DNA of 64,000 nucleotides, taken from Phoronis australis. Its lineage: Eukaryota; Animalia; Phoronida. The translations under genes and the position numbers were made by a program. Shown here one piece after another: positions 12,490 through 24,515 of this stretch. The stretch covers positions 370,104-434,103 of the forward strand of contig NMRA01000115.1 in assembly GCA_002633005.1 (NCBI GenBank), in the 5' to 3' direction. The notes under the pieces are model-generated. The model did no database searches and had not been told where the DNA came from. It saw nothing but the letters and a program-made list of their open reading frames with translations. The first letter of the stretch is position 1. Each line of letters opens with the position of its first letter.

Positions 12490-14666
12490 TTAAAACCAAT
12501 TTTGGTGCATTTAAGAACGGTTGCAGAAGAAATGCATATCTCTTCTGCACGGTACTACCCTCAAACCCAAAAAGTAAAGGTCAGGTGAAAACAGACATGA
12601 TATATTTCCATGCCAACGTGAAATACATTTCACAAATAATCGATATTTGTCACGTACCCTTTGGGGCTTTGGATTTGGATTGTAATCTTACCTCACTAAC
12701 AAATATCGAGTTGACAGCATAAACATTCAGCATTGATTGATGTAACTGTCACTGATAAACCTGTTAGAAATTATTTCAAATATTAATAATACTGCTTTGA
12801 TATACGAAAAGATTACTAGTGCTACGTCATAATGATTAACCGACTAGCGACTACCACGAAGTCGACATCGGCCAGTACTTCAATTAACAGGTATCAGTAT
12901 TGTAAACATGGAATAATCGTAAACATGATCGCAATCCTAACCTTTGTATAAGGTCATGGTTACTTCCTCGCATAGAAGCACACTTTTCAGGCAATCTCAG
13001 ATTTAGTTGGCACTGCTGCAAGCAATTTTGCCATGTATTTAAAGGGCTCGTGAAGTCGAGGCTGCTTAATCTATCACCATTAGAACACGCGCGCCCTCTA
13101 GTAATGTAAAGATTGTGGAATGACCCCATTCGCGGCAAGACTTAAAATGTTCTTTGACCGATGGACACAACTGGTGGAGGTCGAGGTGACTTATGATGGA
13201 CTCAGAGACTCACTGATCCGAGAGCAGTTTCTGGGAGTATGCCATCCTGAGAAGTCTGTATTCCTGAGGGAACGGAATCCGAAGACCTTAGACGAGATGT
13301 TGGCCTTTGCTCAACAGTACATGGACGCCCACCGTATTGGGTTATTGGGCAAAGGGTTTCGCAAAGAAAGTCTTGGGTCAGGTAGGCAGAAGACAGGCAC
13401 CGCCAAGCAACACAGAAGTACCAAGGACAGAGACTCATCGTTCGTCAATGACCAGAAACAAGGGTGACATGGAGTGTTTCAATTGTCATCGCAAGGGTCA
13501 GCTAACCAGGGACTGCTGGGTGAAACGATCACAGTCCAAAAGTGAGCAGTCGTCCTCCTCGCAGAAAGAAGACACCAAAAAGGCGGGGATGTGTCAAGCT
13601 GCTGTAGCGACGGGTAGTCCGGTAGAGCAGCACATACGTGCTAGCTGTTTGAAGTTAGTCGATGGGACATCGATACTTGTAGAGACAGGAGCCTGTGACA
13701 AGCACAGAGAACTGGAGCTGACCCCAATATGCCCGTTTGTGACAGCTACTGTACGTCAACGAAACAAAGGTACGCATGATGCATGACACCGGTTGTACTA
13801 GTGCAGCGGTCAAGACGTCCCTAGTCAACGAAAGTCAACTGACGGGGAAACAACACATCATTTTGTATGTTAATAGATGGGACAGCGCGATCCTTTACCA
13901 TAGCGAAGATTGAGGTTCACACACCAAATCGAGGCGATGCGTATGCGAACACCGATATACGATCTCATCATAGGGAATGCTGTTGGCGTCAGCAAGGATC
14001 CTGATCCGCCCAATTGGCAGCAACAAGGTAGTGTCATGTCTGCAGTAACTACTAGGGAACAGGCTAAGAAGAGAGAAAAATCTATTAAGCCTTTAGCGGT
14101 AACTCCATCCGGAGTGGAAAGTCTCGATGTCAGCAAGTTGAAGGACAAGCAACAAGATGGTCCTTCCCAACGTAAACTCATGGAACTTGTTAAGAAAGAC
14201 AAACCAGCAACAACACGTGGTAGAGGTCAATATTGTTATGAGAAGCAAAAGGGGTCCTGTACCTAGTGTATGCTGATAACACAAAGGGTTGCGTCAGATA
14301 GTTGTCCCTGTCAAATATCGACAACAGATTATGACGCTAGCTCACGAGTCAATCGTTGGTGGGCACCTTGGTGTGAAGAAGACCAGTGATAGAATAGCCA
14401 GTAGCTTTTATTGGCCAGGAGTTGGCAGTGACGTAAATTGTTTCTGCTGATCATGTGACATCTGCCAGCGAACAACTTCTAAGGGCAGGATCTCCAAAGT
14501 GCCATTGGGTGAGATGCGACATATGGAAGAACTGTTCCAGCGTATCGCTGTTGATTTGATTTTTCCTGTGTCTCCAATCACTGACAGAGGCATCCGGTAA
14601 TTATCACTATGGCGGACTATGCCACAAGATACCCAGAACAGAAGCTCAGCGAGTCGCGAAAGCACT

Positions 14667-15733
14667 GTACAGTGACTGGAGCCAGTGGAGGCACTTCATC
14701 CACTGTCACCCGTTCTTCCGAACGTACCCCAGAGCGTGCCATTCCTGGAACCAGTAGTGATTCGCCCTGTGCTGTTTTCTCCAGCCCAGAGCCTCTAAGC
14801 AGCCCTGCAGCGATATTGAGTATTGGGAGTGATTACAGGCCCAGTTCGACACCCAGTGAAGAGGACAGTTCGTCGTCCAGTGAACAGATCGGTGAGCCAA
14901 ACTTTGATAAGTTTATTGTGGACTTGTCTAAAGTGTTGGAGCTATTTAGAAGGTGCCAGGTGTGTGACGAGTCACACGACACGATCATCGTAAGCAGTTT
15001 GGGTGCTCAGGTCACCATCCAGTGGGAGTGTGTCGCGGGACACTCTGGCAAGTGGGACAGTTGTTCCTCTGTCCGTGGTATGCCGGAGGTCCACTTAACC
15101 GTGTCCAGTAGTGGCTTGGCCTCGTCGAACTCTGAACAGCACAAGCATTCCATTGAGGTAGGCATAACAACGCACGCAGTGCATTTGCACCAAGATGTGT
15201 CACCACGTCTGTCTTCAGTAGCCGCCTCGTTTCTCTCAACAGCTGCCTGTGCCTGTGCGTACTCTGCCTCGTTATACTCGGGCTCAAACATGTACCCACC
15301 CACTGAATGTCCGTGAAAAAATTCCTCGTCACCACTGCTGTGAACAAGGTCTCCGTCACTCACACTACTGTCACTGTGATACGGGTCACCGACTCCAGCC
15401 ATTTTCAGCTTATAATACACTAAACAATCCCTAAATCCAACGTTGTTGAGTTCTCTACTAACCTATCTTGCAGAATACTCGCCGATGGAAAGTGGAAGCG
15501 ACAATTGTTGAAAAACAGCACAAAACAAAAGTAGAATAGAACAGATTCGCACGGTAAAGTCAATGCAAAACCAAGTGGCGGGAAACGCTTGCCTCCTAAA
15601 ACGTCACTTCCGGAGTAGAGGACGAGTAATTGATAAAATTACGAAAAGCTGTAATTAAGTGGAAAATATGTCTAGGATAACCAACCAACCTTAGTTTAGC
15701 TCAAAATGACATGAAAAAAGGTTGCCTTCGCCT
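14667..15733 (+). mobile_element. Kolobok-like family B, left-truncated copy replacing the Gypsy integrase core
   Basis: Closely matches 61979-63019. Right end gccttcgcct followed by TTAA (15734-15737), after which the integrase tail resumes (LKEL*TGNETPEVRNTYEYV). Confidence 0.9.
15100..15402 (-). pseudogene. Truncated Cys-rich ORF similar to the P2X7 C-terminal ballast-type Zn domain (putative Kolobok accessory protein)
   Basis: Acidic N-terminus, then GYMFEPEY...RRGDTSWCKCTACVVMPTSMECLCCSE. Confidence 0.7.
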
Positions 15734-16122
15734 TTAAAGAATTGTAGACTGGCAATGAAACACCAGAAGTACGAAATACTTATGAGTACGTGTATGTCCT
15801 CGACTTCCGACATCGTCTGGAAGAGACATGCGAACTGGTGTGGGAAAACTTACGAAATGCTGGTGAAGCATACAAACAACATTCTGGCAAAAAGACACGA
15901 GATCATCGCTTCAAAGTTGGAGACCAAGTCCTAATTTTGTTATCAACCGACACTAACAAGCTGCTACTGCAGTGGAGGGATCCCCATGAAGCGAACGTGG
16001 TACTCAACAAAATGGACTACCGAGAAAGGGTTAGTGGAAAGACCAAGACATACCATGCCAACCTGTTCAAACTATACGTATCTTGTGACGAAAGTGGTGC
16101 TGCAAGTAAAGATGATGTACAT

Positions 16123-18071
16123 CAGAATTGACCTATCGCCAGGATTATGACTGACGGCTTAATAACCCATCAGAACGCAGCATTTCTGACGCACCGTCGT
16201 CTGGGTTTCCAAGCCGCCATTTTACCCGACAAACAACGCGTTATCGGTAAAGCTTATTTTAGACTAAAGCTCAAGAAATTGTGCGATAAGAATGGTGAAA
16301 CGGTGTTGATAAAAAACAATTGCAGGCGGTTTGGTACACGTTATACCAGACGTGCGCAGGCCTCGCATGTGGGCCCATTGCATTGATCACCTGGAACTAT
16401 TTTTATGCTTTTTATTCTTATATGGTTAAAACCGAGCTGAAGAGCAAGAAACCTGGCTCAAGGATTTAGCAGTATGACCTGGTGGGACTCGAACCCACGA
16501 CCTCGAGTAAAGAAAGCGGGCACTTATCAACCAGGCCACACTGCCTCGTCTAAACGGTGTTGTTATGGCGTGTGCAATTCTGACAGCTGTTGTACAGCTC
16601 GAGAAGAATATCCCGTCACTTTTTTGGAATTCCCTCAGCCGAAAAGTGATGTCGAATGTGTAAACGATTGATCAAACTGTGTGAACGGCCACACGACCAG
16701 TTAAACATTAACTTGGCAATGTTGCTGGATTACTCGAATGTTATATTTGTTCCAAGATACGTACATTTGAGTTTGGTGGCTATCTGATTTTGACTCCGGA
16801 GTTGCACTCGTCTTGGCGCCTTTGTCTTGGCATCTGGTGGACACCCCAGCACTAGTCTTGTCCCCGGAAATTGTTGTTTTCAAGGACATTTTTATTATTT
16901 TTCATTTATTTCGACCTGTAATGGACATCCTTTTATTTCGTAGCAGAGATACATTTTTGTTATGGATATATCCGTAGGCAGTCGTTCAATTGAACTTCAC
17001 ATCAAAATTGACAGATTCCATCAGCACAGGGTGGGACACTAGATTACTGAACTCAAAGCCTCGTTCGAGCTGTTGGCACGAAAAAATAAACGGTTGAATT
17101 GCTTTTTGTTGAGAACCTCTAGTATATACACTACGCCTGTAGAGTTAGGGAGAGCTCATTTTGTAGTTGTTCAAAGATGATACTTTGATTGATGAAGCTT
17201 TAAAAAACAATTTTATTTATTTTTGTAAAGGGCCATTTTGCCACTACACCAGGCTTGTCATCTTTTGTAACCATACCAAAACTTAGTGATCATGCTACGT
17301 TCAAAATTAAGTGACAGCTACCTTTATGCAATGAACCTACAAAAAATCTAAAGTTCATCAGAAGGTTGGCCTGACTTAAATGTCTTTATGGTGCATTGAA
17401 TTACGGCCAATTCCATGTACTAATTTGACTTAAACACAGCCCTAGACCTACCGGAGCTAACTGCTTGCCTAGGACAAGACGAGAATGTGCCTGAGCTATG
17501 AACCTGATTTTTCTAACAAAACATTTCGCTCGAATATTAGAAAAGTATAAACAGTGCTATCGACTCGACCTTACTCGGGGAATCCCATCAGTTGTGACCT
17601 ACTTTTCATTTGGCGGAGTTTAGCAGACAGCTGAATAAAGGTATCGGCGAATCTTCACTGATTTTTGTTCGAAATATCCTGAAATCTATGGCATCGTACA
17701 TATAACTCGACTTTAAGGTACATACCCAGCTTTACATTAACATATCGGATCAGTGGCCTTGTCAGTTTTCAAGTGAAGGTGAATCCCGTGTGGAGTTCTT
17801 CGGATTTTCGCTGGCTCCGAAATATTTTTTCTCAGAAAACTTATTTTATCATCGTGGCCTTTACAAATTCCCAATCGATGAACGTACGATTGTCAGCTGA
17901 TAGCATCGACTGTTGTCTTTGTCGAAGCCTTTCGGAAAGTGCAAAATACACTCCTCAATTCCACCAGGAACGTGGTTTAGTGACAGTGTATTTGCCTCTG
18001 ACATATTTTTTGTTTGTCGGGTGTCACGTGACTTTTCACAAAGGGGCTGAGCTTGTGATAGGTCAATTCTA
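16123..18071. mobile_element. Non-autonomous DNA transposon with 4-bp TSD inserted in the Gypsy IN-RT linker
   Basis: TIRs agaattgacctatc / gataggtcaattct, with ACAT at 16119-16122 and 18072-18075. Internal tRNA-like box at ~16475-16550 (minus strand). Confidence 0.8.
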
Positions 18072-19899
18072 ACATCGTAGCCATAGCTGTACTTCAGCCT
18101 GAAATGGACAATGAAGTTGGCGTTGTCGATAATGAACAGCTACTAGAGTTGGGATTGACAAACCAAAAAGGGACATACAAAGATGTCAAGCCATGTCCCC
18201 TGCCATATGCCACACGGTCTATTGTGCTGGAGGAAGTTGACAATACGTGAAAGTGTGGAGTCACAGAACCATCCGATGCTCCCTACAGCTCTCCGGTGGT
18301 CTTACTGAAGAAGAGAGATGGTTCAAATCGATTCTGCATCGATTTTCGTCGTTTGAACGCCATCGCCAAGTTCGACTCGGAACCGATGTACAATCCTGAT
18401 GATATCATGGCTAAGATCAGTAAGCACCAGTATTTTGCGAAGATTGATCTAAGCAAAGGATACTGGCTAGTGATTGTCGCCGAAGAATCACCGACTAAGA
18501 CCTCCTTTATTGTACCAAGTGATTGCTACAAGTTCGTAAAAATACAATTTGGTCTGGTAAATTCGGCAGCGACCTTCAATCGCATGATGAGGAAGATGTT
18601 GGCAGGGGCACATAATACAGAACATTATGTGGATGGCATCCTGTGGCATAATAAGACATGGAATGAACACCGTGCCACCTTGCGGGACACCTTCCAGCGT
18701 GTACGAGAGGCTGGACTAACGATTCGACCCACCAAGTGTTCGGTTGGATCTCGTTTCGCCGATTTCGTTGGACATGTGGTCGGTGAAGGGCACCTGGCAA
18801 AGGACGAAGAAAAGCTTGGACGCATCGGAGATGCACTGCGAGCCAGAACGAAGAAGCAAGTTGGATTTTTTTCTCGGATTGGCTGGCTAAAGGACGTTCA
18901 TCCCAAACTTCGCTGAAATCGCCGTCTCTCTTACTGAGCTCATAAAGAAGAAACAACCTAATACCGTGCAATGGAAACGATGCTCAGCAGCATGCGTTCG
19001 ACACTCTTCGAGACCTGCTGAGAAGAGCACCAATACTGAGATAACCGGATTTCAGTAAACCCTTTATGGTTTAGACTGATGACCGATACTGGTATAGGCT
19101 GTATTTTGTTGCAGGAGTATGATGAAGGCAGGTTCCTAGTAGCATGTGCTAGTAAGAAATTGTTACCTCGGGAACAGAATTACTCAGTCATTGAGAGGGA
19201 GTGTTTGGTTATCGTCAGAAGATTTGCAAAATACTTGTATGGTAAAGAACTTATCATTCATACTGACCAACAACCCCTGGATTACACTAAAAAAGTAAGT
19301 TAGTCAATGGACGCATCATGAGGTGGGCCTTGTTTTTGCAAACCATCGAATTAGGGTTGAAGCTATCAAAGGCTCAGAGAATGTTGGTGCTGATTACCTG
19401 GTAATGTTAGAGTATTGAAGATTCTCGGAAACAGGGTAATAGATCAAAGTTTTAAACATTATTTAAGTCTTCCATGTTGAGAAAATTTTAAGATGTATTT
19501 TTGAGGGGCTTATTTTTTCAGAATAAATTTTGATTAAGTAATTAGTAAGAATAGATCCATTTTAAGTTGCCTAAAATTTGTGCATATGTACTTTCAAATC
19601 ATGGGGTCAAACTTGTTGACATGTACTTTAACTTCAAAATCTATTTTTAGATGGTGTTTACTACTTTGGTTCTGGGGTCAAAGCACTCTAGAGACTCTAG
19701 AAATTTCTGAGAGCAAATTGTAACAGCAAATGATATGATTAGAAAAGATCATGTGTTTTTATTAGCCAATCGCTAAATAAGTAGAATATTATAATTTGGG
19801 CTGCATTCAAGAAGACATTCAGATGAGCTATAGTAGTTGAACCATAAAGGCGGGCTACAGTGTACAGAGGAAATTGTACAACAGAATCATCTCCTGGAA

Positions 19900-21096
19900 G
19901 ATTCTAAACGCACAAAATGCTTGTTAACCCGGCCAGTGGCTCGGAACCCGATCAGGCCCGTCCCCGCCGCCGAGACTGACACGAACATAAACCAGCTTAA
20001 GTTGGAAACTAAACCTCCAGTCACGAAAAGGACTATAATAGTGAGCCAAAGAAGTAATGTGCACCTAATTATTTATGTGAATTAGCCACGAAACTGAAAA
20101 TCTACTTACTTGTCGGGGGCCGCGAAGTCGGGTTCCTGTTCCACAGACCGTCAGGGCAAAGGTTGTACAACGATTGGAATAATGTAATTGTATTTGTAAA
20201 TAAAGATTCCCCTAACATGTCACCATAGCATATAAATTAGAGTAATTGTTTCACAACAGCTTTCTGTCAGCAAACACTAAATTAGCATGAGCTCACACGG
20301 CCTCGGTGCCCGGTCAATTACCTTTATTGCCGGCATCAAAAGCCGGTAACGCAGTGGTTTATTCATTGCTGGCTTCTCAACATTTGCACTCACGAATACT
20401 GCAAAGGCATTACAAATTGTATCTAATGAGACAGACTTTGTTTCAGTGTCATATAAGCATTGGTTAGGATGAGAATAATTCATTTTGAAACAGAACGCAG
20501 AATAATAAACGTCTACACGGCAACTCTACCGGCGCTAATCCCGACTTAGTCAAGAGCTCACCTGACGAAGACTTCACGAGTCGGATCGTTAGGTTTCACA
20601 GGCTATCAGTTTGAACCGGAATACACTGATCAAGAAATAGGCCTACTAGAGAGGCGCCGTCAACATGCACAGGCAACGCGACATATGGATAGTTCTTTGG
20701 TAAGCCGGAATTCGTCAGAGAAATCACTGCCGACGAAATGCCGGCCACATACACGGAGATGTTTCTCGGCCTCATACTCGCTATTAACAGCGTACCTTTC
20801 TTTCTTCACTACCACGAGCCATTTCCTAAGCATTTCAGGCTCTCGAGGAAGTCGAAAAAACGATATACCCGCTTTCTTCGCTCCTTCACTAGTTCTGACA
20901 AGCGGGAACGATGCACCGCGATATAGCGGCTGTCACTCTGCAGATGAACCACTTACGTCGCTGCGTCGTTTCTCACCTTCCTCACTGGTTAACGCGACAC
21001 CTCTCGGCAAGGTGAGATCGACCGTTTAAGAGGCGATGTGGATATAGACCGATTAAGATGGTAAAAAAGACTAATTAAATCGGGTGGTATTCTCCT
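19900..21096 (-). mobile_element. Kolobok-like family A, truncated inverted copy
   Basis: Reverse-complement match to 10809-12030. Ends gggtggtattctcct + TTAA (21097-21100). Best-preserved THAP text: GISFFRLPREPEMLRKWLVVVKK...HLRVCGRHF. Confidence 0.85.
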
Positions 21097-21100
21097 TTAA

Positions 21101-21560
21101 GATTCAAGAACCAGGGTATTAATTATCAAGGGTTCTCGTGTCACCTCGCCGGAGATCGACAAGGCGGTATCAAGTCGGACCCGAATAGGTCAAAGTCAAG
21201 ATACTCCTGACCAGGCGACCCAAGGGGGGATGATTGGGTTCGAGGGGCTACCACCCTAGAGCCATTGTCCAATCTCCCGAGAACAGGGAATGCTTCCAAC
21301 GGGGTTTTCGGTATCTAATATCGTTCCAAAAAAGCGGCTACCAAAGACAAAAAGCCCCCTTTCTGAACCCGATCTCCCACAGTTTAGCCCATCACCCAGT
21401 CCATGTGTTGCCGTGTGGACCGAGGCACTGCACGAGTGTAGGAGAAGCTATTTTATCAGCCATGCAAGTATTTCAATTGACCAGTAAAACAAAATAATCT
21501 ACATGTGGTCACACTTTGCCAATCGTTAGGCAGATGCATACATGTCAATGAACACGGGAA
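21101..21560. repeat. Paralog of 61331-61352 + 63024-63557 (probable 5' region of the Loa/Lian-like LINE)
   Basis: gattcaagaaccagggtattaattatc...ggctaccaaagaca...acccagtccatgtgttgccg...ggcagatgcatacatgtcaat is shared between the two loci. Confidence 0.8.
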
Positions 21561-24203
21561 TTAACTATTTGAACCACAAAACAAAATCAACTGCCTATTA
21601 GTTTAATGGATGGGGGTCTCGTAGACTGTTATTTAAATCTAACAACTGCTTGATAAAATTGTGAGCGAAAAATACGAGCGTAAATTACGAGCGTAAACTT
21701 CAGTTAGCCTCCGTGCAGCTAGCTGGCTGTGTTAGAATGGGCATGTGTGACAAGACGGGTTACGAACAGCTTTACAGTTAACATTGGAAAAAAATTACCA
21801 TTCAGTGTCGACTGTCTTGCAAATCAATTTATGGCAGATAGATACACGAAAAATAAATTTTGACTGTTTTTTACATTTTTATGTCATCCTAATATTTAAT
21901 TCTTGATGCACAGTATTGTGAAGAAAAACAATCATTTTGAAAATCCAAAATTGTTTTTTTTTCAATATATATGATCAAGATTCAGTGAGTCATATGGTTT
22001 GACTGCTCACCAGCTCAGTGACTGACCAGTGGGGCGGAGCGTATACAAGGAAACTAGTTCTAATGTAATCCTGTCAACAACCATTGCGTTACCGGGCAAT
22101 CGAGAGTGCTGCACCAGCTGATATAGATGTTGTAGCGAAACCAAGAATAAAATAATTTTATTTCTGACCATGTGAAAGTTGGTGGTGCAATCGTGAACTC
22201 CTGTTCCGAGGCTGAGCTGTTTGTCCATCTGCAAAAAAATAAGTTGAGTACGCCAAGTCCTACCGAAGCCATCGCTGCACTCAGCTTAATTGAGGAGTCA
22301 GTGCAGAAATTGTGAGTGTGCAAGTGAAGTCGGAAAGATGAAGTGACTGGCGAGAGGACGCTGAGCGTCGACGTGGGTGGTGTTGCACGATTCGATGAGA
22401 CATGGACAACACTACATGCCGCCAGAGTAGAGTTTTTGGAGATAAACCGTGCTTCTGAGATGGGAACGCGCCGTGAAGAAAGTAGGCTGCCAAACTCTGT
22501 GGATATTTTAACTTTCCGCCGGCAGTAACTCAAGGAATTAGAGAAATGACGCATTGTTCAACATAACAAACTTGTTCTAGTGCATAGATTCAAACATATC
22601 CCTGAATTAAAACCCGTGATATTATTATACGATTTTAGTGGAAAGCAAGATAAGAAATTTTGGTAACTTGAGAATCTCACCCAAGCTACGCTATTTGCGC
22701 AGAAAGTGCTATTTTCTTATCCCAAAGTCCATTCGGTCAAAATGTTGGCGGTGCAGGCTCGTGAAAATGTTGAACCAATACGATTAAAGTAGTTCTTTGT
22801 CCTCGTTTGCCATTATTGTTATGTAGACAGTAACGCGGCGATTTGATAAACATGTAACACGTATATTGGTTGATGAAGACACGGTAGCTACATGTAATAT
22901 TGGAATACTAACAAATAAGTCTATGTAATATAGTTAGAGAGTCTTTTACCACACTGAGTCAGTGGAGAGTTAAGATGTGTCGCATAAACAATGAACATGA
23001 TGTGTGGCCAGCACACCAGATCAGCAGACAGTAGATCAACGCTAAGCTCCGCCCACATGACAGCCATACTTGTTTTGGTCGTCTGTTGTGCTTCACAAGT
23101 TCGCAACAATGATTAAAATTACGCTGTAAACAAACAGGTGTGTCACATTTTCTAAACATAAAGTAAATATTAACTTCATTTCTAGTACATCAACAAAAAT
23201 TTGAACATAATGACTGCGCATTCTGAACGAATTTTGACCTCAAGTGGCAATCGATGCCCGCTTAACTTCAAAGCCGTTTTTCTCGCCTGGTGATTTCAGG
23301 ATAGTGACAAGATTCTCGGGGATATTTTTTCCGCAACACGTGGGTAAATTTTTACGAAACTTGCAAATTTGAAATCCTCTAGGACTGAAACAAAATCGCG
23401 TGCCAGGGTTTTTTGATACATGGACCAGATTTCAGATTTTTAGTTATTAGACGGAAAGTGACCAAATGACAGAAAATGGCGTGCTTGCCACAACTCACAC
23501 GCAAAAATGCCACAAAATCAAGATCATAATGAATTTGTACATACATTTGGTATGGATAAGTAGAATATTGGGTAAGGAAACATTTGATGATAATCCTTGT
23601 GCATTTTGAAAAAAAATCGATGTAACATTGGATTTTTTGAAAATTAAAAAATACAATATTTAAAAAGACGAAGTACAATAAAAACTTTTTTTTCGATTTT
23701 GTCACTTTCAGAGTCATGTCTAACTAGTTAAAACCCCTTTACACTTATTGAAGATAGGAGCCTGGAGCTTTGAGCAGTGTATACACCACCCTTAATACTT
23801 TTTGTTAAAGCTTTATATGGCTTCTCGATACACGTGTGGTCAAGTTCGCAGACAGGATCTATTACTTTTCCTCATGTATTGTGTTAAGTCAGAAACAGCG
23901 AGCTGGCATGATTACAAACACGCACAGCACGATTGAGATAATGTCATCTTTTAAAAGGCGTTTGTCATTAATTTGGCATATGTTACTTGATAAGGATGGC
24001 GGTTTGAACTTTTTACTCGATTTCAATAAAACGATACATAATAACAATTACGGGAAATCAAATAGGATAGTCTTTGTTTAATCACAGTTATGAGGACTAA
24101 TTGAAGTCGTTATGAATACAAAAGCTCGTTAGTCACCTGCGTCTGGTCCGGCACGGTTCTAGCAACTCGCAAGGGTAGCCAATGCGATCACTTGCTTTGC
24201 TTA

Positions 24204-24515
24204 CAGGGTGACCCAAAAATGCCTCCCTTGAAAATGTCAAATTTACAATATTTTTGCCGTTCAGTCCAGCTTTGTACATATCAGCCTGGGTCTGACCCTG
24301 ACTTGCCCATTAAGCTGATCAGCTGATTGCCTTCCCTTGACGATGCTGAAGATCTGCCTCTCGGCGTTGCAAGCACACGTTGACAGGACGCGCAAAAGTT
24401 TCGATAACCCATTTGCTATAGAATTGCCCTGATCTTAGCTGTAAATACGGCCTTCGCTTCAAGAATTGTTTGCGGTCTGTTCTTGCAGTCTTTCAAATAC
24501 ACCGCAGATAAAACC
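24204..24515 (-). mobile_element. Tc1/mariner-superfamily transposon 3' remnant
   Basis: TA + cagggtgacccaaaaa terminus. Minus strand encodes, with frameshifts, YLKDCKNRPQTILEAKAVFTAKIRAI...VIETFARPVNVCLQR, typical of the transposase C-terminus. Confidence 0.7.

Larger units (their letters stand above)
5025..13127 (+). mobile_element. ISL2EU-like (PIF/Harbinger-related) DNA transposon, decayed, with nested insertions
   Basis: Imperfect TIRs ggggctattcgac / gtggaatgacccc, with AT on both flanks (5023-5024, 13128-13129). Excision restores gag codons CAA TTC GCG GCA AGA. Contains a THAP remnant (+) and a YqaJ-like remnant (-). Confidence 0.8.
4244..19510 (+). mobile_element. Decayed Gmr1-like Ty3/Gypsy LTR retrotransposon (gag-PR-IN-RT-RH), split by three large DNA-transposon insertions
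   Basis: gag at 4378-5024 and 13130-13560 (DDMDAFLARFETFA, DSLIREQFL, CFNCHRKGQLTRDC knuckle). Protease HDTGCTS at ~13780. Integrase Zn region AHES..GGHLGVKKT...CDICQR and ADYATRYPE at 14300-14640, integrase tail at 15738-16122. RT at 18190-18916 (PYSSPVVLLKKRDGSNRFCIDFRRLN, IDLSKGYW, YVDG). RNase H at 19079-19400 (QNYSVIERECL, TDQQPL). Many stops and frameshifts; no LTR pair found. Confidence 0.9.

Noticed and set aside
15007-15420. Host P2X7 receptor gene
   Set aside because: There is no P2X ectodomain or transmembrane segment; the ORF is truncated and lies inside a TIR element present twice.
19495-19900. 3' LTR of the Gmr1-like element
   Set aside because: A weak purine tract (gagggg) is present, but no downstream sequence matches anything upstream of the PBS.
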